A stretch of DNA of 50,333 bases from Candidatus Poribacteria bacterium (GTDB taxonomy: Bacteria > Poribacteria > WGA-4E > UBA9662), in contig JAYZAL010000039.1 of assembly GCA_036339735.1 (NCBI GenBank), positions 1-50,333 on the forward strand, written 5' to 3'. This document shows positions 1 through 10,484 of this stretch, piece by piece (position 1 is the first letter of the stretch; each line of letters opens with the position of its first letter). The notes under the pieces are model-generated. The model ran no database searches and was not told the DNA's origin. It saw only the letters and a program-made list of their open reading frames with translations. Made by a program: the position numbers and the translations under genes.

Positions 1-35
1 GAAAAACTTTCAGTAACACCTTCGCCGATAATGTG

Positions 36-1373
36 TTATCGATACTTCTGTCCGTTTAATATTGAGCCTACCCAACTATATCTTATAGCCAATTCATACA
101 CAATTAACAACGAGGCAGATGTGATTAAGCATATGCCTAAAAACTTGTATAAGCTGGGCAAATTCCATGTGCTGGCTAATATCTGTAGGGACATTATAAC
201 TGGCAGGTGAGCCAAATATAGCCAATAAGAAGAATCAGATAAATAGCGAATAGTACGATTTTTATGAGAAAAGAAACGACGAAATAACCCTACCATACCG
301 AAAACTACTGACCAAGTATAAAGTGTGGTACAGAACGAAACGACAATGTGCCCTTTTATGCGTTCTGCCGCAGATAAACTAGTATTGCTCCGAACTTCTA
401 TAAAGTATACTGAAATCAAAAAAGATAGAACTGATACCGCCAAATATACCGACCAATATTCCCCAGTTTTTTTTTCAAATAATTGTTGCCCATAGCACAA
501 AGCGCCAAACCCGAAAAAGATTCCGTAGTATATTAGTACAGGGGGCCACGGAATTAGACCCGCATAAGTATCTGGGCCGAATATGGTGAACATTGTACAT
601 TGAAAGATAAATGTTAGCGGTACAAGCCATATCAAGCAGAGCGGAGTTATTAGCCATTTGTTATCTGGGCGCTTGATATCAAACCTAGTCATCAACCCAA
701 TTAATGCAGCAAAGATTAGAATCAGCCAAAACAGATAATTTAAAAACCAAAGATAGTGAAAAGTAGGCAAAACTGATATCAACCAAATCCATTCAAGGAA
801 ATCGAAGACATAACTTGGGAAACGGGTTAAATTAGCTCTCCAGTTTTCGATTTCTTGGCTCTGAATTACCTCCTTGGCTAATGTAGGACTTATATCAATA
901 ATTTCTTTGATTAATAACTCTTTGAAAGCCTTCAGGCCCCCCTCTTTGACGGCAATGAAAACGTCTGAATTTCCGTTTGCCTGCTTTGCAGTGGAATTTG
1001 CCCATTCAGCAAGACCAAAACAAAACGGAATCACGAATACCCCAAAAATAATCATGGGTAGTAAAATTCGTTTCGAACGGCGAATCAATAGACCAATTAA
1101 GCCATAACGCTTCCAGGTCATAGTGGTGAAAAAACCACTAATCAAGAAGAAAAGTGGCATCCGAAAACCATGAATTACTTCCAAAATCACCATATATGAT
1201 TGATGCTGATGAATATCTTGAGGGTAATTCCCTGGAATATCAGGACAAAATGACATAGTGCTATGTAATATGATACCTAAGAACATCGCAACCGCTCGTA
1301 GGGCGTCTAAATCGTAATATCGTTTTGTTTTGATAACTTTTTTATCTGTGGTCAGATTTTTTTTATTTTTCAC
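36..1373 (-). CDS. Acyltransferase family 3 (OpgC/MdoC-like) membrane protein
   Basis: N-terminal RYYDLDALRAVAMFLGIILH, HGFRMPLFFLISGFF, RRSKRILLP, HYLWFLNYL and RYLSDSSYWLYLAHLP motifs; many hydrophobic helices; GTG start. Confidence 0.85.
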   Translation of the reverse strand: MKNKKNLTTDKKVIKTKRYYDLDALRAVAMFLGIILHSTMSFCPDIPGNYPQDIHQHQSYMVILEVIHGFRMPLFFLISGFFTTMTWKRYGLIGLLIRRSKRILLPMIIFGVFVIPFCFGLAEWANSTAKQANGNSDVFIAVKEGGLKAFKELLIKEIIDISPTLAKEVIQSQEIENWRANLTRFPSYVFDFLEWIWLISVLPTFHYLWFLNYLFWLILIFAALIGLMTRFDIKRPDNKWLITPLCLIWLVPLTFIFQCTMFTIFGPDTYAGLIPWPPVLIYYGIFFGFGALCYGQQLFEKKTGEYWSVYLAVSVLSFLISVYFIEVRSNTSLSAAERIKGHIVVSFCTTLYTWSVVFGMVGLFRRFFSHKNRTIRYLSDSSYWLYLAHLPVIMSLQILASTWNLPSLYKFLGICLITSASLLIVYELAIRYSWVGSILNGQKYR

Positions 1374-2012
1374 TTTGATTTAGTTAGTAATTTAACAAAA
1401 CAGTCATTTTGTCCTGATATTCCATTGCTCATTATCGATTGGTATACGTGCTTTTCTGGTACTACTTTTATTTTAGGTCCCAAATAATCTTTGTACTCCT
1501 AAAAATAGATACCGTAAAAGTAGGCAGCCAGAAAGTAGAAAAAGATGGGATTAAAAGGTGTTTGCCAAAATAAGATTGAGGAAAACCCGCTTAACCATTC
1601 CGTATCATTTGATACAGGTTTTCACGGATAATTGGTTATTAGACCTTACTGCTCGACAGTTCAACCTAATATACGATTCGGTGGTTACTGAATGTTGATT
1701 CTTAAGTCTTCATTTAACCGGTTATAAATTGAAATGTCGCAACTAAGAGGATTGGTACGATTCTCGATCAATACTACTCAACCCAGCATAGTATATTCCA
1801 AGATAGATTTGGGTAGAAGCGCTTTGATTGAAGTTAGCTACGTTATTTTCCATCTTACCTAATAAGCCCGCCCCAAACAGTAATTTTGAGCTAAAACGAA
1901 GGGCACTATATTTCCCCGTAAAAATGGCATAGCTTTAGTACTAAAATTTCCAATTTAACAGGTTAGTATTTTGTCAGAACCAAGCAAAATAAAAAATGAA
2001 AAGTCCATAAAA

Positions 2013-2543
2013 TTAGTTAGCTTTACTATTGAGTTGCTGAGAACGCTGCGATAACTTATGCCAAACTGGCTCCTTCTCTAATTCTGGTAAAGAAATCTGA
2101 AGAAAGTAGTCTATCTTCCATATTAGCCATTGACTTAACTTCTTATCTACTAACAAATGCCAGTAGCGGCTATTATCCAGAATATCAGCAGCCTTAATTA
2201 GCAATGCTGTTCTACCATACGCCTTGCACCGAGAGAACATCTCTCGGTTTTGTTCTGTTTTGTCTTCTATCTTTGAGTTAAATGTATTGGCTGCGACTAA
2301 CCGGGCGACTTCTATTCCAAAATGTTCCTCAATTTGTATAATGGTGCAATCGGTATCTTCAACTAAGTCATGTAGGGCAGCAGCAATTATAGTTTCTTCA
2401 GGATAATCATATTCATATAAAAAATGAGCGACACGTATACTGTGGAGTATAACAGGCTTAGGGTTATTGCCTGAATGCTGAAAATTGGTAACTAGAAAAG
2501 TAATTGCTTGTTCAAGTTGATGGTCAAATTCGGGACTTTTCAT
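2013..2543 (-). CDS. HD-domain protein, RelA/SpoT hydrolase-like (Mesh1/small alarmone hydrolase family)
   Basis: HSIRVA...AALHDLVEDT...EEHFGIEVARLV...IKAADILDN matches the HD_4 motif pattern; stand-alone 176 aa. Confidence 0.75.
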   Translation of the reverse strand: MKSPEFDHQLEQAITFLVTNFQHSGNNPKPVILHSIRVAHFLYEYDYPEETIIAAALHDLVEDTDCTIIQIEEHFGIEVARLVAANTFNSKIEDKTEQNREMFSRCKAYGRTALLIKAADILDNSRYWHLLVDKKLSQWLIWKIDYFLQISLPELEKEPVWHKLSQRSQQLNSKAN

Positions 2544-2692
2544 AAACCTAATACCCTACATAATTAATCGATTTTGTGGAACCAATTGTGAATTAATATT
2601 ATAATCACACCGCCAGATTCAGAAGCGGCAATCTACTCAAAAAGAATACGGAATAAACATATGGCTTCAACCAATACGAGGGATTTAGCACA

Positions 2693-3499
2693 ATGTCGCA
2701 AGAAGAAATGAAGACCCACCCTTTTCCACACCAGCGCCCAACTGTTACTATCACTTTGGACAAGGCAAATTCTTTTGTCGTTAATTGTCCGGAATTGCGT
2801 AGTTGGTTTATTATACCAGAACTTGGTCATCGTAGCCTCTATGCCAATTACGATGCAACGGATTGGAAATTAAGTGAAGTTTACGATTTAACATCAGTTC
2901 GATCCGCTCGAATTCACGATCGAGAAGGAGTCGAAATTGACGTTCATTGTTGGAAACCAAATACTGGTTGGTTTCCAACTTGGCAAATGTACGGTCGATT
3001 GACAAAATACCAAGCTGAGTATTTGGCAGTACTACAGTTTAATCAAGAACAACGTATACTTTACACCTATTTGGATCAACATTTTGATTATGACTGGGGG
3101 AAGATGACAAGGTGTTTAAAGGATAAAGGAAATTTCATTATAAAAGACAGTAGACATACTGAATGGAAAGACAAATCAGACGAGGATGGCGTAGCTGGGT
3201 TTTTCTCAGTCCAGATCGGGAAGAGAAAGTTCAACTGTCTACGTATCTTAGGTCTGGACCAAGATTTGCTCCACCCTGAAGTCTCTATCACCGAAGAGTA
3301 CATTGATGAATCAGGTCGAACAATTATGGTACGTCGTTTTTGTTCTATGAGAAAATCAATGCTCGATGACCAAGGCCAGAAACGACTCGTAGATCTGGAT
3401 AAAGAAAGCCTCTTGAAGATCAATGGATCTACTTTTTACCACTGGTATGACTCTTTTTCTAATTTAGCATTTGGGTTAAAGACAGAAACCACTGAATAA
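2693..3499 (+). CDS. Hypothetical protein
   Basis: 268-aa ORF with natural composition; no catalytic motif recognised. Confidence 0.7.
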   Translation: MSQEEMKTHPFPHQRPTVTITLDKANSFVVNCPELRSWFIIPELGHRSLYANYDATDWKLSEVYDLTSVRSARIHDREGVEIDVHCWKPNTGWFPTWQMYGRLTKYQAEYLAVLQFNQEQRILYTYLDQHFDYDWGKMTRCLKDKGNFIIKDSRHTEWKDKSDEDGVAGFFSVQIGKRKFNCLRILGLDQDLLHPEVSITEEYIDESGRTIMVRRFCSMRKSMLDDQGQKRLVDLDKESLLKINGSTFYHWYDSFSNLAFGLKTETTE

Positions 3500-3686
3500 A
3501 CCCAGTCCCCAAAAGCACTCATGTCTTGTTCCGTGATCAGTCCTCCAGTCAAAATTCTGGTTAACTAGTTTTAGAACAAGCATTCGGATAAAAAAACTGC
3601 CTACAATCAAGTGCCAATTTCAAATATTGATCAAACCGTAGACACGAATAAATATAAGTCAAATAATTTATTTTATAACCATCATT

Positions 3687-4718
3687 TTATCTTTCAGCAC
3701 CAGCTTGCTGCAATTTTTGGGCAATCTTGAAATAATTATTCTTTTTAGCCCACTGAAGAGCTGTCAATTTTAACTCTGGTTGATCAAACATACCAGTTTT
3801 CACATCGTATATTTTGGGGTTGGCACCGCCAGACAAGAGAATCTCAATAATTGCTTCGTTGCCTCTTTTCGCCGCCATTCTCAGGGGCTCGCCTAAACCG
3901 AGCTGGCCATCGACCAATTCTGGATCTCCAGTCAATATCTTTCTTACAATATTTTCTTTACCTAAATTGATGGCATCAACTATATCTATCGAACAGTTTT
4001 CAATCATGTAATCAGCTAGTTGATTATTACCAAAATGTAAAGCCCAAGAAAGCTGTGTGGCCACATGCTGAGCATCACGAATTCGAACATCCGCTCCCTT
4101 CTCAATTAAATATCTCGATAATTCTGGGTGACACTGGATCGCCCAATGCAGTCCAGTCATACCCCAATGATCTATACCATTTATATCAGCACCTTTATCC
4201 AACAAGAAGTTAATCAGATCAACCCTACCAGTATGACAAGCCATAGCAAAACAATCGTTCAAGATATCTTGCTTTGACTGAAATTTTCCTGGATCCCCAG
4301 CATTGTCTTTCAGGGTACCATCTTGGGAAAAAAAAGACAGCACTAGATCCCATCGACCCAGACCAATAGCGACCCAAAGGTTATTGGGTATTACTTTATG
4401 GGAGGCAATTAGTTCAGCAACCTCCATGCTTTGTACGTTAAGCGCTTGGCACAAAGCCGTCCATGTACCTGACCCAGCACCCTTATGTTCCGGCATATAA
4501 CTGTTACGGGGATAAAGTTCTAGCGGTATACCCAAATTGATTAGTTGCTCTGCTATTTTTGACCTATTGTATTTTGCCGCGTAATGTAAAAGCGTGTATT
4601 GAGAATCCGGGTGTTGTTGTAAGATTAATTCAGGTGAAGATTTGACTAATTTAGTGAGTTTTGTTTCTTCACCTTCTTCAATAGCTTTCACGGCCTGGTC
4701 AAAAATATTGGTAATCAT
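3687..4718 (-). CDS. Ankyrin repeat protein
   Basis: TLLHYAAKYN, GMTGLHWAI, TQLSWALHFG, EPLRMAAKRG, TALQWAKKNN and LLDKGADIN repeats. Confidence 0.9.
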   Translation of the reverse strand: MITNIFDQAVKAIEEGEETKLTKLVKSSPELILQQHPDSQYTLLHYAAKYNRSKIAEQLINLGIPLELYPRNSYMPEHKGAGSGTWTALCQALNVQSMEVAELIASHKVIPNNLWVAIGLGRWDLVLSFFSQDGTLKDNAGDPGKFQSKQDILNDCFAMACHTGRVDLINFLLDKGADINGIDHWGMTGLHWAIQCHPELSRYLIEKGADVRIRDAQHVATQLSWALHFGNNQLADYMIENCSIDIVDAINLGKENIVRKILTGDPELVDGQLGLGEPLRMAAKRGNEAIIEILLSGGANPKIYDVKTGMFDQPELKLTALQWAKKNNYFKIAQKLQQAGAER

Positions 4719-4772
4719 AATTGTCTCTAGGTCCCTGATAGTATAAACCTACATGTTTTCAGATTTTGATTG

Positions 4773-5318
4773 TCACCACAACTCACCTTCTCGCCATTCA
4801 GCTGATAGAGCCTCATTGAGATCTAGTTTGGGAGTTTGAGGTAACCGGAAAATCATAACCTCTTCTTGAGGCGTATGTATAACACCTGAGTCTGTTCTTA
4901 CAAAAAGTGGACCTTCCCATAGCTGCCAACCCAGTCTCTCATAGTAAGCAACACTAAAGGGAGAAAGAGCGCCTAGGTCAAAATCTCGAATCTCATCGGC
5001 TACACGTTTCATGACTAATGTTGCAAAACCACGGTTGCGATATGCCTTCTCAGTGGCGACCATTTCAATATAAGCAGTATGCATGGGCAGATTTTTACCA
5101 GTCTGCAACAACCTATCTACCCACATAGCGTGAGTAACTAACGTTTGTTTGTAGTAGCCTAGGATATGAGTAGCGGGCTGTAAGGTATTGAACAAAGGTT
5201 CGAGGTCTTCCTCGTAGGCTCGATTACAAAGAGAAAGGACTAGATTTCGATCTGAATCAGACAACAATGTACTGCCAATGATTTTCAGTTTAAGCTGATT
5301 CTCGATTTTAATAACCAT
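4773..5318 (-). CDS. GNAT acetyltransferase, aminoglycoside 2'-N-acetyltransferase AAC(2')-like
   Basis: AYIEMVAT..AYRNRGFA acetyl-CoA motif; LGALS...YYERLGWQLWEGPL; C-terminal LSAEWREGELW resembles the AAC(2') family tail. Confidence 0.75.
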   Translation of the reverse strand: MVIKIENQLKLKIIGSTLLSDSDRNLVLSLCNRAYEEDLEPLFNTLQPATHILGYYKQTLVTHAMWVDRLLQTGKNLPMHTAYIEMVATEKAYRNRGFATLVMKRVADEIRDFDLGALSPFSVAYYERLGWQLWEGPLFVRTDSGVIHTPQEEVMIFRLPQTPKLDLNEALSAEWREGELW

Positions 5319-5434
5319 ATCTCAACCTCTCCCGAGGGTAAGTATCGGACACTAGCATTAAGTAACGTTATACCTATACCTAGATCAAAACCCTAGGCAC
5401 ATTCGATTGGCCTTGATGAGCAATCAACTAGAAA

Positions 5435-8308
5435 TTAACTATTTAGATGCTTTTTCAGAAATCGGCCAGTGAATGAGTTCTTCACCGTAGAAACTTCTTC
5501 CGGTGTTCCATAAGCTACAACGTACCCACCTTTGTGTCCTCCTTCTGGCCCTAAATCAATGACATAATCTGCGCTCTTAATCACGTCCAAATGGTGCTCG
5601 ACCACGATTACAGTATGTCCCTGATCCACTAGTTGATTAAGGCTATCTAGTAGCCTCTGAATGTCAGCGAGGTGAAGGCCTGTGGTCGGCTCATCAAGCA
5701 TGTACAAATTATGTTTGCCCCTCTTGATTTTTCCCAGTTCGGTCGCCAGCTTTATTCGTTGAGCTTCACCACCAGAAAGAATTGTGGCCGGGTGACCGAT
5801 GGTCAAATATCCTAATCCGAGGTCATTTAGCACTCCTAATTTTCTAGCAATTAGACTATGATGGCTAAAAAACAAGACACCTTCCTCAATTGACATTTCT
5901 AGAATATCAGCGATGGTTTTACCTTCATAAGTAATTTCTAAGGTTTCTTCATTGTAGCGTCGACCTTTACAAGTCGGACACGTTACTTCTACATCAGGCA
6001 TGAAATAAAGTTGTGTAGTAATTGTTCCTTCTCCACTACATTCTTCACATCTTCCACCCTTGACGTTGAAACTGAATCGAGAGGGCGTGTACCCTCTAGC
6101 TTGAGCCGAAGGGGTATTAGCGAAAATTTTGCGAATATTATCGTAAAATCCGATATAAGTAGCTGGGTTAGAACGAGGGGAACGCCCGATTGGAGTTTGG
6201 TCAATATTGATGACATCGCTGATATGCTGATAACCGTCTAGGTGATCATGATCACCTGATAAGGTTCGGCTATCATGGTAAATCGAATAGAGTTTTTTAT
6301 ATATGATTTGGTTAGTTAATGTGCTTTTTCCTGATCCTGAGACACCTGTGATACAAACTAACATACCTAGTGGAATATCTACGTCAATACTTTGCAGGTT
6401 ATTCTCACGTGCCCCCCTTACACTTAGAAAATCTTGATTTTGTTCTCGACGCGTATCTGGCAAATCAACTTTTCTAACTCCACTCAAAAATTGACCAGTA
6501 AGAGATTTTTTATCGGCTATAATCTCCTTGAGCTGTCCTTCAGCTACGATCTGCCCACCGTGGACACCAGCACCAGGACCAATCTCAATAATGTGATCGG
6601 CCGCCTGAATGGTTTCCTCATCATGCTCAACTACGATGACAGTATTACCCACATCTCGTAATTGCTTTAATGTACCGATCATTTTAGCATTATCTCGGGG
6701 GTGAAGGCCGATTGACGGTTCATCTAGTACGTAGAGCATTCCCATTAACCCTGAACCTATTTGGGTCGACAGACGGATCCGTTGCGACTCTCCTCCGGAG
6801 AGGGTCCCAGAACGACGGTTGAGATTTAGATACTCTAAGCCAATACCATTCAGAAGTTCTAGCCGAACTGATAATTCTTGCACTAATCTCCGGCCGGCTT
6901 CCTCAACTTTAGGGTCATGAATTTCAATTTTACTGAGAAATTGTTGTAGACCTTGTAGGTGCATAGTTCCTAACTGGTGGATATTATGATTGTTTACGGT
7001 AATTAGCAAACGTTGTCTTTTTAGTCGGGTACCGTTACAGTCAGGACATGTGTGCTCAACCATAACTTTACGCAGGTAGTCCTCCATACCAGAGTGAGAC
7101 GTTCCCTCTTTGCGGTAGTGACGATATCGACGATCCAGCCGATTAGCAAATCCGTCAAAGCGCACCTCATGTCCTTCGTAGCGTTCACCAGTCTTGGCAT
7201 CATCTGGAATAGAGATGATAAGTTTATCCCCTTTGGTTCCATACAACAGAAGGTCTTTGGTCTCGTCTGACAGATTCTGGTAGGGCTCATCCAAATCGAA
7301 GTCATATTTCTGAGATAAACTGTACATTATACGTCCGTCCCAACGATCTGGATCATATACGAAAACGCCAGGGACAAACGCGCCACCACGGATACTTCGT
7401 CTAGTATCTGGAGTTAGAAGTACCGGATGAACTTGTAAATAGGTGCCTAAACCTGAACAAGTATGGCAAGCACTAGTAGGTTCATTGAAGGTAAAATAGG
7501 ATGCTTCTACTGTCCCCATTATGATTCGATGTTCTGGACAACCGAAATCAGTGTAGAATTGTTGATTTTTAACGATTTCTTTCCCATTTTTATATAGGTG
7601 GAAACTGAGAAAGCCTTCACCTATTACTAATCCATGTTCTAAGGTCGCTAGTATTTGCTTTTCAATCCCCGGTTGAATGACGAAACGATCAATAATCACG
7701 TCCAATTTGTAGTCTCGATCTTCATCTAGGTCATGTTCTTCAGCCAAGTCTATATCCTGTTGTCCATCCAATAACACATATCGGTAACCATTAGTTCGAA
7801 TTTGGTCAAACAGATAAGCGTAATCCTCACCATGTATTTTGAAAATCGGTGCTCTAATTTGAACTTCGGTTCCATTAGGCAAAGATAAGATCCGTTCCAC
7901 TATCTGGTACTTGGATTTCGTTGAAACTAGATTTTGGCAATATGGACAATGGGATTGACCAATCGTAGCATATAGCATTCTTAGATAATCACCCAAATCA
8001 GTCATAGTTCCAACGGTTGAACGTGGGTTCATCGAGATTGTTTTTTGTTCAATTGAAATGACCGGTGATAATCCGGTCATAAAATCAACGTCTGGCTTTT
8101 TTAAATGTGCCATGAAGCGTTTGGCATAAGTTGAAAGAGATTCCATAAAACGACGTTGACTCTCAGCATAAACTGTATCGAAGGCTAAGGACGACTTACC
8201 TGAGCCACTAATACCGGTTAAAACTGTTAATTTATCACGAGGTATCTCTATGTCTATATTTTGTAGATTATTCTCTCGAGCTCCCTTAATTGAGATCGTA
8301 GTTCTCAT
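5435..8308 (-). CDS. uvrA: Excinuclease ABC subunit A (UvrA), divergent paralog
   Basis: Two ABC ATPase modules ([22 protein letters not shown] and [22 protein letters not shown]); GARENNL twice; zinc-binding CxxC pairs; 957 aa. Confidence 0.92.
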   Translation of the reverse strand: MRTTISIKGARENNLQNIDIEIPRDKLTVLTGISGSGKSSLAFDTVYAESQRRFMESLSTYAKRFMAHLKKPDVDFMTGLSPVISIEQKTISMNPRSTVGTMTDLGDYLRMLYATIGQSHCPYCQNLVSTKSKYQIVERILSLPNGTEVQIRAPIFKIHGEDYAYLFDQIRTNGYRYVLLDGQQDIDLAEEHDLDEDRDYKLDVIIDRFVIQPGIEKQILATLEHGLVIGEGFLSFHLYKNGKEIVKNQQFYTDFGCPEHRIIMGTVEASYFTFNEPTSACHTCSGLGTYLQVHPVLLTPDTRRSIRGGAFVPGVFVYDPDRWDGRIMYSLSQKYDFDLDEPYQNLSDETKDLLLYGTKGDKLIISIPDDAKTGERYEGHEVRFDGFANRLDRRYRHYRKEGTSHSGMEDYLRKVMVEHTCPDCNGTRLKRQRLLITVNNHNIHQLGTMHLQGLQQFLSKIEIHDPKVEEAGRRLVQELSVRLELLNGIGLEYLNLNRRSGTLSGGESQRIRLSTQIGSGLMGMLYVLDEPSIGLHPRDNAKMIGTLKQLRDVGNTVIVVEHDEETIQAADHIIEIGPGAGVHGGQIVAEGQLKEIIADKKSLTGQFLSGVRKVDLPDTRREQNQDFLSVRGARENNLQSIDVDIPLGMLVCITGVSGSGKSTLTNQIIYKKLYSIYHDSRTLSGDHDHLDGYQHISDVINIDQTPIGRSPRSNPATYIGFYDNIRKIFANTPSAQARGYTPSRFSFNVKGGRCEECSGEGTITTQLYFMPDVEVTCPTCKGRRYNEETLEITYEGKTIADILEMSIEEGVLFFSHHSLIARKLGVLNDLGLGYLTIGHPATILSGGEAQRIKLATELGKIKRGKHNLYMLDEPTTGLHLADIQRLLDSLNQLVDQGHTVIVVEHHLDVIKSADYVIDLGPEGGHKGGYVVAYGTPEEVSTVKNSFTGRFLKKHLNS

Positions 8309-8383
8309 ACTAATCTGAATCCTTTTTCAAATAAACGACTAAAACCATAGATTTTTTGCAGTGGGTATTTAATTGTACGATCC

Positions 8384-10306
8384 TTAAAAGAGATCTTCTT
8401 CCAAAAAATCGTACAAATAGGCAATTTCCTCGACCGTACTGGAACTGTTGGGAGTTAGTTGCAACGGTACCCCCATTCTTTCTAACCATCCTTGCCTGAC
8501 CATCCATTCACAACCCAAAACTACTGAGCCAACGGACTCATCGGCAAAGTTATGATACAAATCGGTAGCAGTACAAATTCGATTTTCAGCTTTTAAGTAA
8601 TCGAGGACAAGCTTGAACATTTCTTCTGTTCCTGTTGACATGTATTCTGTCAGTGAGGTAAGTGCTTGTTGAACGGTCAATTTGTCTTTTTTTCGCTCTA
8701 TCAAATCAGTACCCCAAAGTCGAAAAAAGTCAGGCTTCAACTCCACGGCTTGATGAAGTGGCTTCTTGCCTGGGATTTGATGATTTCGAAAGATTTCGAC
8801 TCGAGCTAGATCTTCTACGGCTTTTAGGATATAGACAAAGCTATAATTCAAATCATTTTTTACATAAAACCATTTTTCAGCTTTGGCTAAGGTCGCACTC
8901 AGCATACAACCTAAATTCATTAGTTGGATACGACCGTCTCTGCTGGAAACAGGCGCAATTTTATCAACTTCAATCTGATCAGACTTAGTATTATGCCTTT
9001 GGATGTCAGTGTACCATTGCGGAATGGTGGGATCTTTAGTGAATAAGATTCGGCTGTCGACAAACCAGTTGTAGTATTCATCTCCAACTCGTGCCTGGCC
9101 TAACCTTCGGCGGATGGTGCTCCTTGATACCATATCTACACACAAATCTATACCATTTTGCTGTAGGATGTAGCGAGATTGAGACTTAACTTTCTCCTGA
9201 ATAATCAAGGTGATATGAAGATAAGACATCGACCAAAGGTGATTTTGATTCTGTGCAGGATCATCGAACAAAAGACCTGCCACCACATTAGAATCTAATT
9301 GTGCATGTTCGATGAATTGTTCAATTGATGAATTGATTTGCGATTGAGTTACAAACTCTGGTATAGAAGTAGAATCTGGGTCATAACTATACGCTGTCTC
9401 ATCTAGTTTAACTAGATTATTATGTGTCAGACTGGTAGGTAGGCTAGATTTTTGTAAAATTCCCTGACACGCCAGCCAATTGTAGACGTTGAAATGTGAG
9501 GCTTGGCGACTAGACAGTTTGAGATGAGAATCAATCTCCGTTATGGAACGTGGCCCGCTCTGACTCTGTAAATAATCAAAAATTGGTTGGCAAATTGAAC
9601 GGTGATCGAATAAGTATTGGTCAATAGCAATCAAGACTTGTTCCAACCGGTCAGCAGTTTTGGGTTGATTAATAAATTCATGATAGACAAAGTTAAAAAA
9701 TGTTGGATTATATTCCAGTGCCGGTTGGATTTTTTCCCTTCCGGGTACTTCTCCATTCCAGATGACTTCAAAACCGGCTAACAAGTCGATTAAATCCAAA
9801 ATGGATATAAAAGCATAAACCATATCTTGTTTGATAAAGAATTCTTTTTTTGCAGTTTCTAGCTTAGGAAGAGCACGCTCCAAAATTTGAAGCAGAGCAA
9901 ACTTCCTATCTCGTTCTCCAACTTGAAATCGGTGATGATTTTGATACCACGTCTGGATAGTTCGATCTTTAGAGAACAGAAGAGTACTGCGAACAAACAC
10001 CATCTCTGACCATGAATTCACTAAGCCACTTTCGAGACCACGCTTAAACTGTCCCCGAGGAATCAAATCCACGTGCATAAAAATATCATTAGAGACTAAG
10101 CTGTAAAAGTTGGTGTTTTTGGGATTATCGACCGTAATTAACCACAAATCTAGATCAGATTTCTCCCAAACTTGGTCGTGAGAAAGACTTCCATATAGGA
10201 TCGCTGCGATTATATTAGGATCTTTCTGAGCTTGCGAAACGACTAATTCAACTGCCAATTGATAGTGTTCTTTTGTGGATTTTAACGAATTCATCAGACG
10301 ATGCAC
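8384..10306 (-). CDS. Pol-beta-superfamily nucleotidyltransferase-domain protein made of two tandem copies of a ~310-aa unit
   Basis: ILYGSLSHDQVWEKSDLDL (GS..DxD) in the first half; the halves align (LLFSKDRTIQTWY / ILFTKDPTIPQWY; ETAYSYD / EIAYLYD). Confidence 0.75.
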   Translation of the reverse strand: MHRLMNSLKSTKEHYQLAVELVVSQAQKDPNIIAAILYGSLSHDQVWEKSDLDLWLITVDNPKNTNFYSLVSNDIFMHVDLIPRGQFKRGLESGLVNSWSEMVFVRSTLLFSKDRTIQTWYQNHHRFQVGERDRKFALLQILERALPKLETAKKEFFIKQDMVYAFISILDLIDLLAGFEVIWNGEVPGREKIQPALEYNPTFFNFVYHEFINQPKTADRLEQVLIAIDQYLFDHRSICQPIFDYLQSQSGPRSITEIDSHLKLSSRQASHFNVYNWLACQGILQKSSLPTSLTHNNLVKLDETAYSYDPDSTSIPEFVTQSQINSSIEQFIEHAQLDSNVVAGLLFDDPAQNQNHLWSMSYLHITLIIQEKVKSQSRYILQQNGIDLCVDMVSRSTIRRRLGQARVGDEYYNWFVDSRILFTKDPTIPQWYTDIQRHNTKSDQIEVDKIAPVSSRDGRIQLMNLGCMLSATLAKAEKWFYVKNDLNYSFVYILKAVEDLARVEIFRNHQIPGKKPLHQAVELKPDFFRLWGTDLIERKKDKLTVQQALTSLTEYMSTGTEEMFKLVLDYLKAENRICTATDLYHNFADESVGSVVLGCEWMVRQGWLERMGVPLQLTPNSSSTVEEIAYLYDFLEEDLF

Positions 10307-10484
10307 CTTGGTAATTCAGCTCCTTATCCGCGAACGAGACTATCTGACTGGAGGAAGCCAGAAGCCGATCGACAAGTGCCAATCAACTTGGTAAAATCAG
10401 GCAGACAGATTGGAATATTATCACTGTTCTCAAGCAATTACGACAAGATTAGCTCGAAGTTTCTTGCTAGCCTACTTTGGAGTA

